Of a stretch of DNA of 58,659 nt, positions 11,689 through 22,307 are shown piece by piece. Location of the stretch: assembly GCA_000388065.2 (NCBI GenBank), contig KB932208.1, one strand, 5' to 3'. Origin of the DNA: Fonticula alba ATCC 38817 (lineage: Eukaryota > Protista > Nucleariida). A model generated the notes under the pieces. That model was given only the letters and a program-made list of their open reading frames with translations, made no database searches and was not told the DNA's origin. Position 1 is the stretch's first letter. Each line of letters opens with the position of its first letter. Made by a program: the position numbers and the translations under genes.

Positions 11689-14249
11689 GTGGCCGGCCAT
11701 TGTCGGGTGCCCAGGGCCACCCCCCCCCCCCCTGGCATCGGCGGTGGGCCGGGGGCCCATGCGGCGCGTGCCACGGGCGAGGTGGAAAGAATAAAAGACA
11801 CGAAGAAACTTCCCCGGTGTGCCGCGCACACATGCACGCATGTCCCGGCCTGGAGGGTGGGGCAGCATTCTCGGCTGCCCCCCAGACGGGAAGGGGCCCC
11901 ATATTGGGGGACAATGTTTGTTTTTTTCGCTGTTTCCCTTGAACGACCCCTTGTCGGTCAGGCCCTCCCCACAGGGTCGACGCCGGATGTTTTCCCGTAT
12001 GCGCATCAGCGCGGCCTGGGGCGGGCTGACGATGGCCGGTGCCGGCAACCATGCATCAGGCACCACGGATAAGCTGGGGGGGGGGGGCGGCCTTGTAGCT
12101 CCGTTCGCCACGGAGGGCACCGAGCCTGCGGGTAGAATGACGACTTGGCGCGCGGGGGAGCATGTGGCTGGCTGTCGTCGGGGGGCAGAGGTGGGCCGTG
12201 ACTCGACAGCCACAACAACAACACCACCCCTCGGTTGGACGGGCTCACGGAAAGCCATGGAGCCGGGGCGGCTTTCGCCCGGCTTTCGGAGCGAGTATGT
12301 GTCCGGAGCAGGCGGACATTCCAGATGCCAGCGAACCCCGCGGACGACCCCGGCCCTCACGCCAAGGCCAGGTGGCCACACGCCGAGGCGGGGACAGGGG
12401 CACGACGGGACTCCCTTGTCAGGGGGGCCACCACGCCGGGGAGGACTCCCCCCCCCCCCCCCCCCCCCCGGCCCGAGCGGGGGGTGAGACGCGAAGGGCG
12501 AGGGGTTTCCGGGGAGCGAGTTTCCCCCACCGCCCCTCAGGCCCCCTCCGCTGACCGTGATAGAGAGGGATAGATTGCCGCCGGGAGAGCTGGGTCTCTT
12601 CGGTCCTGCTGGCCAAGGGGCACCAGGAGACACTCGCTCGGGCGCCGGGCCTGGAGCAGGGGGCCTGCGAGCGGTCAAGCGAGGCGACCGAAAGGACGCG
12701 AAAAGGGGGAATCCCACGCGGGCTCGCCAATGTGCGGCGCCCCCCCCCCCCCCCCGCTCCGGCCCTCGCGGGTGGCAACACGCGGCTCCGAGAACGTCCC
12801 CGTGGTTGCGCGCCGGCATAAATGGCCGTCGGCCAAGGGGGGCGAGGCGGGCGCGGGTTTGACGGTCCTAGCATTCTGCCAGGCTCGCACCTCCTCCGGG
12901 GGAAGCCCGACGCGGCGGGCTCCAGCCTGCGCGCGGCATCCGTCCCTGAGCACGGCACTTCTTCAGGACTGTCTCCCAACCCAGGACCGATCCAACGGAG
13001 CGTGTCCGTCCGGGGGAGCCCACCGCCGCGGACACATGCCTGCAGGCACAAGAGATACACACATGCACACGAGTATGCTCGGATAAATAAGCCACCAAAA
13101 ATACAATCGCTCGAAAAGGTCCCAACAGGGACCGTGTGTGTGGTCGGGAGCCGGCAGAAGCTCCCTCGCGATTCTGCATGTGCAGAACAACGGCGCCCGC
13201 GATGCGAGTTGGAGCTCCTGCCCATTTCTCTTCCGAAGAATGCTATTCCGAAGAACATCACGGGGATTTTTCCAAAAGTGTCGCTACGCGATCGCTTGCA
13301 GAGGGCGGACGATGTGCTCAGAGGGCAGGCAGCAGCCGGAGGAAGGTGGTGTCTACATTCGGGAGTCATCATTATTCCCAGTTCGGGAAGCTCCGGCCAT
13401 GGGCCGTTGCCGCTCCTTCCGAACGCGGGTTGGGCGCCTCGCATCCTGCCAACTCTCCCTTTGTCGAAACCGAGTTCCTGGTCCGTGACGGGGCCGCTGC
13501 CTGCCTCGGGGCATAGCGGCCCGGATCCTGTTGAGCCTCGTCGGGCCTCCGCCCCGGTGGCGGGAGGGCGGAATGGCCACCCTCGCGAAGCATGAACTCT
13601 CTGACGGGCGCAGGGGGACTTCTGCTTTGGGGATGGACTGGCGGGTGTCTGGGCGAGCGCTGACGACCGGCCCGCCGCATGAGGCAAATCCATGCTCGCC
13701 GACAGACCAACCCCTGTGCCCTCCCTCGGCGCACTCGAGAGATGGGTGCCCGGCGATGGGCCGAGTCGCGGCTTTCTGGGATATCCTGCACCGCGCACCT
13801 CTCTGTCGGCCGAGTAGATGCCCGGTGGGCCTCCGCCCGGGGCGCGAGCGCACACACCGCCCGGCCGCGCTCGAAAACACACCCGACCAGGAAGAGACTC
13901 GCCGTCCGCGCCCGTTGGGACCTGGGCATGTTGACTTGCCCTCTTGGGCTGGCCTATGGGGGAAGATCCCTTTGGGTTTCAGTGGCAAGCGATCCGCCTC
14001 CCGCGCTGGCTGGCCCCATCTGCGATGGGTATAAAAAAAATGAAGGGGACCCGCCCCAGCGCCAGATCTCGTCACCAGCATCCCTCTGGATGGTTTTTTT
14101 CATTTCCGCCCCCCCCCCCCTCGCTCCATTGCCCTCCTGTCCCTACTTGCCTTCCTTTGCCTCCGTGCCCTCGTTGCTTGCACCACCCTCTCGATCCCCC
14201 TGTCCCCTGCCCGCCCCTCTGCCCCTGCTGCCGCTGCCCCCACCCCGAA

Positions 14250-16756
14250 ATGGCCGACGTTCTTCCGATCCCGGTGTCCCCTCCCCAGGATACCGGCATT
14301 GTGGCCCTCTTCAAATCCGGCCAGCGCCTCAATGTCCAGTATGGGGACTTCATCATCTCCGGAAGCATCCACAGCAACCGAGCTCAGTTTGATTTGTGTT
14401 GCCCTGTCGGCGGGGCAACCGGCCTCCGGGATAGCCTGCCCAGTCGCCATGGCCGGGCTCCCCCGAGCAACGAATCGCCAATGTCCCCCGAGCCCTGGCT
14501 CCAAAAGGTGCACCCGCCTTCAACCCAGCCTCGAGGCCTTCCCGGCTGCTGGGAGTGGCTTCCTTTGCCTTTTGGCGGCTCTCGCATGCCGCACCGGAAA
14601 TATGAAGACTGACCTCTGGTGGGGGATGGCGGTGTGGCATGGCGGCTGTGGGCATGTGGGCGCGGTCTTCATCGGCAGGTTGCCACCCCGGGCGAGGCGC
14701 TCCACGTCGCCGGCCGCGAGGCCCTGCTGCTCGACAACGGGCGGATCGTGCGCTTCACCTTCGACGAGGCCGGCATGGCCGAGACCGGGGTCCTCTATCG
14801 TCATGTGCCGGGCGCCGAGGGTGTCGGCTTCACGGTCAACAAGTCGCTTTTGTATTTGGCCACCGAGCCGGCCACCCTGCTGGGCTTCCAACTGCGTGAA
14901 GATCTGGTCCTCTTCGATGTACGCGCCCTGGGATGGCGTCTCCGCGCGCCGGCTTGTTGCTGCCTGCACGCTCGGAAGCACTGACCCGCGCTGTCTCCTC
15001 CCGGCCCCGGGGCCGTGCATTTCGCTGTCCGCCCGCCGGGATTCCCCCCTCGCCCGGGCCCTTGCAGGACTCGCCCGGGGATCTGCCCACCGAGGGCGTC
15101 TGCTCCTTCAATGCCGGGCATGTGGTGCTGAACTTCGGCAACATGGTGGCCAAGCTGCGCTTCGGGGCGACCGGACCCGATGCCGGAAGCCTGACAGCCT
15201 TGTCGGTCTTCCAGGTGGAAAGCTGCCTGGCCGGGGCCGGGGTTTCGCCCGAGGCCGGCTACCGGGCCCAGAACGCCCTCCGGGGCCGGGGGGAAAATGG
15301 CTTCCGGAATGTGGTCCCCTCGCCGGCCCGGGGGCTCTGTCCGCCGGCATGCCCCTGTGCCAGCCTCCGTTTGCCGAAGCAGGTGTCTGCCCATCATAAC
15401 CGCGTGCTGGTGGTTCGTCATGGCCGACTGCTGTTGGCGGAATTCCCGATGCCGGTGGCGACCCTCGGGGTGTCGGCCCCGCCCGCCTGTCGAGCCCATG
15501 AGTCCATCCTCATGGAGGGGCTTCCGGATGGCGCGTGGCTCGAGCTCACGGTCACCCCCGGGCTGGTGCTCCTTGTGGACCCCAGCCGGCGGTGCGGCCA
15601 TTACATTGACCTGGGGCGGCCGCTGTCTCGGTTTTCCCTCTTCCGCAAGGTGCGCTCGTGTGCGGGCGACGGGGGGCCGTGGCCGGTATCTCGGCCCGAT
15701 CGTCCCATCGGGCGGGGCATCTGGGAACTGGACCCTGACTTGTGTATCTTCCTCCTCTTCCCCCTTCCCCCGCTGGCATCGGGCGCATGTCCGCCCTGGC
15801 CCCCCCCCCCCCCCTCCCGCTTGGTGCGTGTGCGCTCTTCGGCCATACCCGGCAGATCGCACTGCCTCTGTTCGAGGACAGTGTCGTTTCGGGGTCGTAC
15901 CAGTTCAGCCGGACAGTGACGCTCGTGGCGCCAGGGGGCCTCAACTCGTTGACCGTCTCCGAGGGTGCCAATGTCAATATCCTTACTCGGTTTGCCGAGC
16001 CCATGGCGATGATGCCCTTCCGCAGCAACCAGGGGACTCTCTGTCGGCCGCGTGCGAATGCTCCGGAGGTCTTCCGGATCGAGGTGCGCCGATGGCCCGG
16101 GGGGCGGGGGTTCCTCCTGGAGGGAGATATGATCGCCAGAGGGGGCCGCCTCGATGCGCGTCCTTTGTCCCGCCGTCAGCACGGCGCCCCGTTCGACCGC
16201 GTGGAGGGGGTTGCCCATCTCTGACAGCATGGCCCCCTTTCCTTTTCTCCCTTCCACGCACACACACACACACATACATCCACCTTGCCGTCCTCGCGGT
16301 CACTGTGTGGCCTCCGCAGGTGGAGGGCTTCGGAGACATGGTCCCAGCCGGGCGGCTGATGCTGGGCTCCAAGCGCGCCCTCTCGCTGCATGAGAACTTC
16401 CTCGTGTGTCATGAGTATGTCCTCGGGACGGAGAGCTTCCGCCTGGCAGGCTTTTCCTTTGCCTTGCAGCTGGGGTCCTCGGGCATCGCCGGTCCGGGGC
16501 GCCTGAGCCTGCAGCAAGCTTCCCCCCCGCAGGATGGTCGGCTTTGCGTTGTTATCGATGGCCAGTGGGCGATGGACGTGGACCTTGAGGCCCGGAAGGT
16601 GTCCGGCCTCCGGTCCTGGCTGCCGGCCGGCTGGCCTCAGTCGGGGGTGCGTGCGAAGCATTTGCAAAGGGAGCCCGCCCGGATATCCCGGGCCAGGGGG
16701 GAGCATCCCGACCGGTGTGCCCCGACACTTCCAGTAACGATAGTTTGCCGGGCGCG

Positions 16757-16804
<48 letters not shown>

Positions 16805-17274
16805 ATGTGTCGTCGGGCTGCCTCATGCGTGCCTTTCCCCCGGGGGGTGGGGGTGGATGCCTTCGCCTGGACAGACCGATCGGCTGCCCCCTGGTGGGAT
16901 GATGACCACCGTGCGACAGGAGCTGGCGGTGGCCGGGCCCAGTGGCGTGCTTCTGTACGGGCTGCAGGCTGCCGGCGAGCAGCTGGCCATTGACCAGCAG
17001 CCCCGGACGGCTTGGCGGAGTGCCAGCCGCCCGGCCGGCATCTTTGCCCCCCTCGAGCCGGACACACTGGCCGTTGCCACCGGCGGGGAGGTGCACTTTG
17101 TCCGAGCCACGGCTGACGGCCCGGTCCTTCGCTCCATGTCCTTCGTGCGTGCCACTCCCCTTGCGGGGCCCCTTGGCAGTGGTGTGCTGGCGGCCCCGGG
17201 CCCGTTGCGACATCCATGGCAAACTGACCGACGATCGTCCTGCCCCCGTCCCACTCGACACGGTGCTGGGAACT

Positions 17275-17309
<35 letters not shown>

Positions 17310-18872
17310 GCGTCCGGGATGAAACGGTGGCCCGTGGTGGCCATGGGGCCTCCGTAGGATGACAAGGTGGTCGCCGTGTTCGGGCATCGGTCGACGCGTG
17401 AATCGCTGGCCGTTTTGACCCGGAGCTCGGTTCAAATTTTCCACAACTGGTGCGCCTCCGCCATCGGCCGAGTAAAGCCATGCTTCCCATCCCGAAGGCA
17501 GGGGAGGGCGGTGCTGAGGTGATCTAACATGCGCATGTGCCTGCGTCTGTGCGCGGTCAAAATGCCCAGGGAGAGTGCATATGACATCCCGCTCGGTGGC
17601 CGCCAGTGCCTGGCCGTCACGCAGTTGGATGACGGGTCGCTGGTGCTGCGGTGCAGTGATGGGTTTTTCGACCTGCTGAACTTCGATGCCCTGATGTTTG
17701 CCGAGCGCCATGTCCAGTGGCGTGACCAGCCGGGGCCCCTTCCTGGGACCGGCACGCCCGAGCAAGTCTGGGTGTGCCCCTGGTTCTCGCTGTCGTGGGT
17801 GGCCCGGCACCCGGGCGGGCGCTTTGTCTTCCACACGGCCAACCGCCAACCGGATGTCTATGAGCCGTGGGCCTTCCTGCCGACGAGGCGCTCTTTCGCT
17901 CTGGATCTGTCCTCCTGGCCCGGGGCCGGGGAGGACGCCCCGGCCGGCGCGGTCTTCCTGCAACATGGCGACCGGCGCTTCTGTGTCATCCTGTGCGTGA
18001 TGCTTCTTCCCCTGCGGCGGGGCGGCTGCCGCCCGGTAGGGGGGGGGGGGGGGGGGGGGGGGGCACCAAAAGTGATTTGTGCCTGTTGGGCCTCCTCTTC
18101 CCCCCCCACACCCAGGGGGGCCTCCATACAACACGTCCCCCCTCGGGAACGATGAACTCCTAACCGGCCCAGCACATAGCATCCTCCGTGCGCGCTTTCT
18201 CTTTCTCTCTGTCTCTCTCGCGTTGGGCTTCCGCTCGGAAAAGGGCCAGGGCCGACGAGCGCACACGAAGCGGAGGGCGCCGCGCGCGCGCCCCACACGG
18301 CCCGGGCCAGTGGTGGATCCCCCTGTTTCGCGGGAGGGGGGGGGGGAGGGGGCCCCTCCCGGGGGGGGGGGGGTTCGGGGGGGGGGGGGGGGGGGGGGGG
18401 GGCCTTTCCTCCCTCGTGGAGACATTGATGACTGACTCATCTGCGACCGGATGCGCGGCGATCGCGGCGGATTGTCCCGGCACCACACCCTGCGGTCCCC
18501 GTATCGACCACGCCACTGGTGGCCGGCCTTGCGTCTGCCTTTCCCAGCTTCGGGCAGAGGATGGCCCTCATCCCGGAGGAGGATTTGATTCGGCTCTTCA
18601 TCGACCCGACCGACCCGAGCATTTTGGGGCAGCCCCTGCAGTGCAGCATTGTCAATGTCGGGCTGCCGCTGTCCTCCGGCGACATGCTGACCCTGGGCCC
18701 GGAGGTCCGGCCTCTGCATCCGACCGTCATCCTGTCGACCGTGGTAGAGGGGAAGTCGGCTTTCGGGCCCAAGTCCCTGCCCATCGAGGGCGAGTCCGTG
18801 CAGATGGGTCAAATTCGTGTGGAGCTCTGGACGCCTGCCGCAGGGGCTCCGGACGGGGCCGCAGCCTGCTGA
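14250..18872 (+). CDS. Hypothetical intracellular beta-rich protein (~938 aa, 9 exons), possibly multi-beta-propeller
   Basis: Exons 14250-14507, 14679-14918, 15068-15649, 15856-16155 (or to 16200), 16320-16646, 16875-17144, 17358-17449, 17570-17992, 18548-18872. Phases all match (2817 nt), donors fit the local consensus, and a CTAAC branch site lies at 17524. No signal peptide. Blade-like motifs (ELAVAGPSGVLLY, TLAVATGGEVHFV, SLAVLTRSSVQIF). Function not recognised. Confidence 0.75.
16759..16802 (+). repeat. (CA)22 microsatellite in an intron
   Basis: Direct reading; lies in intron 16647-16874. Confidence 0.95.
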
Positions 18873-20349
18873 CGCGTGGCTGAGCTCTCCAGCCAGGCCC
18901 CATCCGGGCGCTCGGACTGGGATGCAGGGTCCGGGCTGTGGTGCCGGATATCGGCCATCATGGGCCGTCGATCGCGAAATGAATGTCCAATGCCAAGCCA
19001 TGCGGGCTTCTTGCCGTGGGCGGTGTCTTATTCGCGTGGCGAGGCATGTCGTGGCGAGGGGAATGGGTAACCCCGGATTGGCTCTTCCGGGCGCCATTCT
19101 CTTGCTCGGTGATGAGGCCAGCGTGCGGGCGGGGGGCTGCCGGGTTTCTTGCATCGGGCGAGGGGCAGCGCGCCTGTGCATGTTCGGCCGGGCGCCAGCC
19201 TCCCAGTACATCGGGCATCCATGTCCATGAGGGCGGAAGGCCGAGGGCGCAGGGGGGCGGGGGGGGGGGGGGGGGGGGGGCGATTCCCCCGCAAGTGCCC
19301 GCCTATTGGGACAATCGGAGTGGCGTGTGATCTTGCTCCCTACAAGCGGATGCTCGCTCGGGCAACGCGGCCTAATCCGAAGGGGCTGCGATTGCGAGCC
19401 TGCCCCCGAGCTGAAAGGCGCGGGGAGTTGGCCCGTGAGAAGGGCCTCGGTGGCAGTGTAGAATCGACCCACCGGCGGCTTGCTCAGGCGGATCCTTTCG
19501 GGCGTCGTTGCACGTTTGTGCTGTGTTTTTTTTCTCGGCGGGGCCGGGGTCCTGCTGGGCAGAGGCACGCCGCATTGTCTGCAGAGCTACATTTGTTGTT
19601 GGAACTCCGGCCGCTTTCTCCCCCGGAGGAGCCCTCCGAAGCGCGTCATTCGTGCTGGCGTGCAGGTCCAGTGGGAGGGGCATTGTGCGAGGACCAGATG
19701 TTCTGGACCTTGGCGGGCTACTGCTACAAGAACACCCGGGAGGCCGGGGACGACCGGGTAGCGCCATATAGGGGTGGGGCGAGCGGTTTCCCCCTCCGGT
19801 CATGGGACATGGGCATGCCTGCTACGATTGACACGGTCCCTTGTACTGTGCCCCGCCACGGCCCTCTGGCCCGGCGGCCTGCCCACATTCGAACGGATGC
19901 ATGGGGTGGCCAGCATTGCCGGCCGCTGGTGGGGCCCGGCCTCCTCTTTTGCGGGTCTGGGGAGTGTCGTGGTCTTGGTGCCGATGGCCGGCGCGTTGGA
20001 TGCGCGCTTGGCTCCGGCCGGGGCATTTGATCTGACGGTCAGTGTCGCGTCTGCCGTGCAAGCCGCATCAATTGCGCGTCTTCCCGCCTGAGTGTGTGCC
20101 TTGCTGCCGGGGGGAGAGCCCCGGGCGGCGGGGCAGCCGGCTGGCAGGTGAGGTGCTGTCCTCGTCGGATGCCCCCGGGGCACCGTGAATACAGGGGGCG
20201 TGGAGTGGCGTTAGCCGACGGACACCATTTTGACGGCCATCTGGGCCGGGGGTGCCGACCGCACGCGGGGGGGGGTCTCGTCTTCGAGGGCCGGGGAGGA
20301 CCAGACAACTGAGCCGCCCGGTAGGCGATCAACTAGCATGACATCCGTT

Positions 20350-21800
20350 AAGCCAGTGTGTCATCTTTGATCATTGCCGGACCACCTCTTGATGTCTTTT
20401 CCTCGACCGCCCTCTCGGTGCGGCACCACCCGCAGTCGTTGCCAGGGGGCATCCACCGAGCCGGCCTTTCGGCCTCGGGCCGGTGGCCGAAGGGAGAGTC
20501 CCGCATGGGGACGCTGCCTTTTCGGGCATCACTCGTGCCGGACTCCCACACAGTCAAGACGGTACACCTCCAGTAACCGGGAATTCGGGATTTGGTCTTT
20601 GGGGTGAGCATGGGATGGCCGGTCGGGGGAGGGCCTTCTCGCCATTCCCATCGGCACGTGGGTTGTGTGACGGCTCGATGCCCTTAGAAAGGGGATCAAC
20701 TGACCTGGGGAGCATCTCCACGGATGGAACTCGGCCTGGCCAGCTTACCAAGGGCCCGATGTGGGTGTTCATCAGGGGGGCGTGTGCTTTTGGAAAGCCC
20801 TCCGACAGACGATGGGGGCACTGGGCCCGGGGAATGGCATGTGCACCGTCCTCCGGGTGCGATGGGAGAAACCCCGATGAAGTCGCCGGGTGCGGGCTTG
20901 CAGTCGGCCAAGGCCGAGGATGCGTCGCTGTCTGTCGCCTGTGGTCCTTCTTCGGCCCTTGCTGCTCCTTGTCACTGATGTTGCGGCGCGCAATCGATGG
21001 TCGACCCTCTGGTCGGGGGTGTGATCCCATCGTCGAGCTCAGGCGGGGAGTTCTGGATAAGAGGCAATTGGTCGATGATCGGTACCCCTCTGAGCCAAAG
21101 CCCCGTGACACTTGTATAACGGCAGACTTGCGCGATGAGGGTGCTGATGGCTGCTTCTTTCACTCCTGTGTCTCCGGGCCCTCTCCTTTGCCGGTATGCC
21201 AAGCAGGCAACCCCGATGAGCGGGACATGCGGCAGGGGCAGCCATGGTCCGGTGTATGTCTGTGAGCTAAGCAATGTCATCGGCTCCATGGCATCCGCTG
21301 TGTGGCCGCATATCTCCCACCAGAGAGAAGGCGACCCTCGGGTCCGAGAGGGAGCTCAGTGGGATGAGGCAACACAAGATGAAGATTGATTTTCCATCCC
21401 CCCAGTGAGGCCGAGAGTCGGAGCTTGCGCGCGTCGGTGAAGCGGGCAGGCCCTGGACCCGGGGCACTCTTGGTAACCATCTTCAAAGAGAGCTAGTTTC
21501 GAATAAGCGGATCAGCAGGAAGGATGCCCGGGTGCCAGGAGCAGCATCGGGGGGAAGACCGCGGGCGGAGTCGACCTTGATGGGGATGTCTCCAACGGAG
21601 AGAAGAAGGGGGGGATTGAGGGAATGGGTTCTCGAGCCCCGTCGGGTGCATACGACAAAGGGGATCGTCGCCGCGCAAGTGGGGAGATCTCGCTGCAATG
21701 AAGGGTCTCAGGGGAAATAGGGTACCCCGGCCCAGAGTGGACAACATCTTCGTCTGGCACACATGAGGAGCTCTCTCACCCCCGAGGGGCCGCGAATGCT
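20350..21800 (-). pseudogene. Probable decayed fragment of the receptor ectodomain (hinge plus domain 2)
   Basis: Broken frames give VCTRRGSRTHSL..LLSVGDIPIKVDSAR (cf. VCQRNAGPSATLYSL..ILALGSTHLTLDPR in 25365-32010), SQTYTGPW (cf. VSYDGPF) and LLEVYRLDC (cf. MVGWARLYC), in colinear order. Boundaries approximate; similarity judged by eye. Confidence 0.4.
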
Positions 21801-22222
21801 GGTGCATTACTGCTTCGAGGAGGAAGGACATGAGCAGGCTCAGTTGAGCCGGGGAGAGGGACCGCCCGAGAGAGGCGAGCTGAAGGGGCCAGCCCGAAAG
21901 AGACGGCCTGACAGGGCTTCGATGTGGCTAGTGGGGGGAGGGCCGCGTCGCAGTGGTCGGGAGGAAAAGAGGGCGATGGGCGTGGTGAACTGGGGAAGAG
22001 GAGGACCGCGGTCGGTGGGTCGTGGCACGGCGACTGGTCGCATCATCCGGCTCGCGGAAAAGTCACCTTCGTCGCGCTGACGACGCCCACGGGGGCCTTC
22101 ATTGCTCCAGCAGTGAAGAAAGCCCTTATTCTGCCAGGGGAGCCGACGGTTCGGGGGAGAGGAGATCGATGGGAAATCCCAAGAGGCAAGAATAAAAGAC
22201 TCTCTCGTAGTCACCACAGAAT

Positions 22223-22296
22223 GGCCGCGTAGCTCAATTGGATAGAGCACCTGACTACGGATCAGGAGGTTGTGTGTTCGAGCCGCATCGTGGTCA
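22223..22296 (+). tRNA. tRNA-Arg(ACG): tRNA-Arg (anticodon ACG), intronless
   Basis: Acceptor GGCCGCG/CGTGGTC + A; D arm TAGCTCAATTGGATAGAGC; anticodon arm CCTGA-CTACGGA-TCAGG; T loop GTTCGAG; 74 nt. Confidence 0.97.
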
Positions 22297-22299
22297 ATG

Positions 22300-22307
22300 T
22301 TTTTTTT
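22300..22307 (+). terminator. Pol III oligo-T terminator (T8) of the tRNA
   Basis: T8 run 3 nt after the discriminator base. Confidence 0.85.

Noticed and set aside
13200-13400. Coding-looking stretch (LELLPISLPKNAIPKN; antisense ACPLSTSSALC) with a 10-bp direct repeat
   Set aside because: No start, splice structure or second colinear motif to support a gene or relic.
16758-19568. 936-aa minus-strand ORF
   Set aside because: Antisense to the spliced plus-strand gene, and runs through poly-C and TG microsatellite translations.
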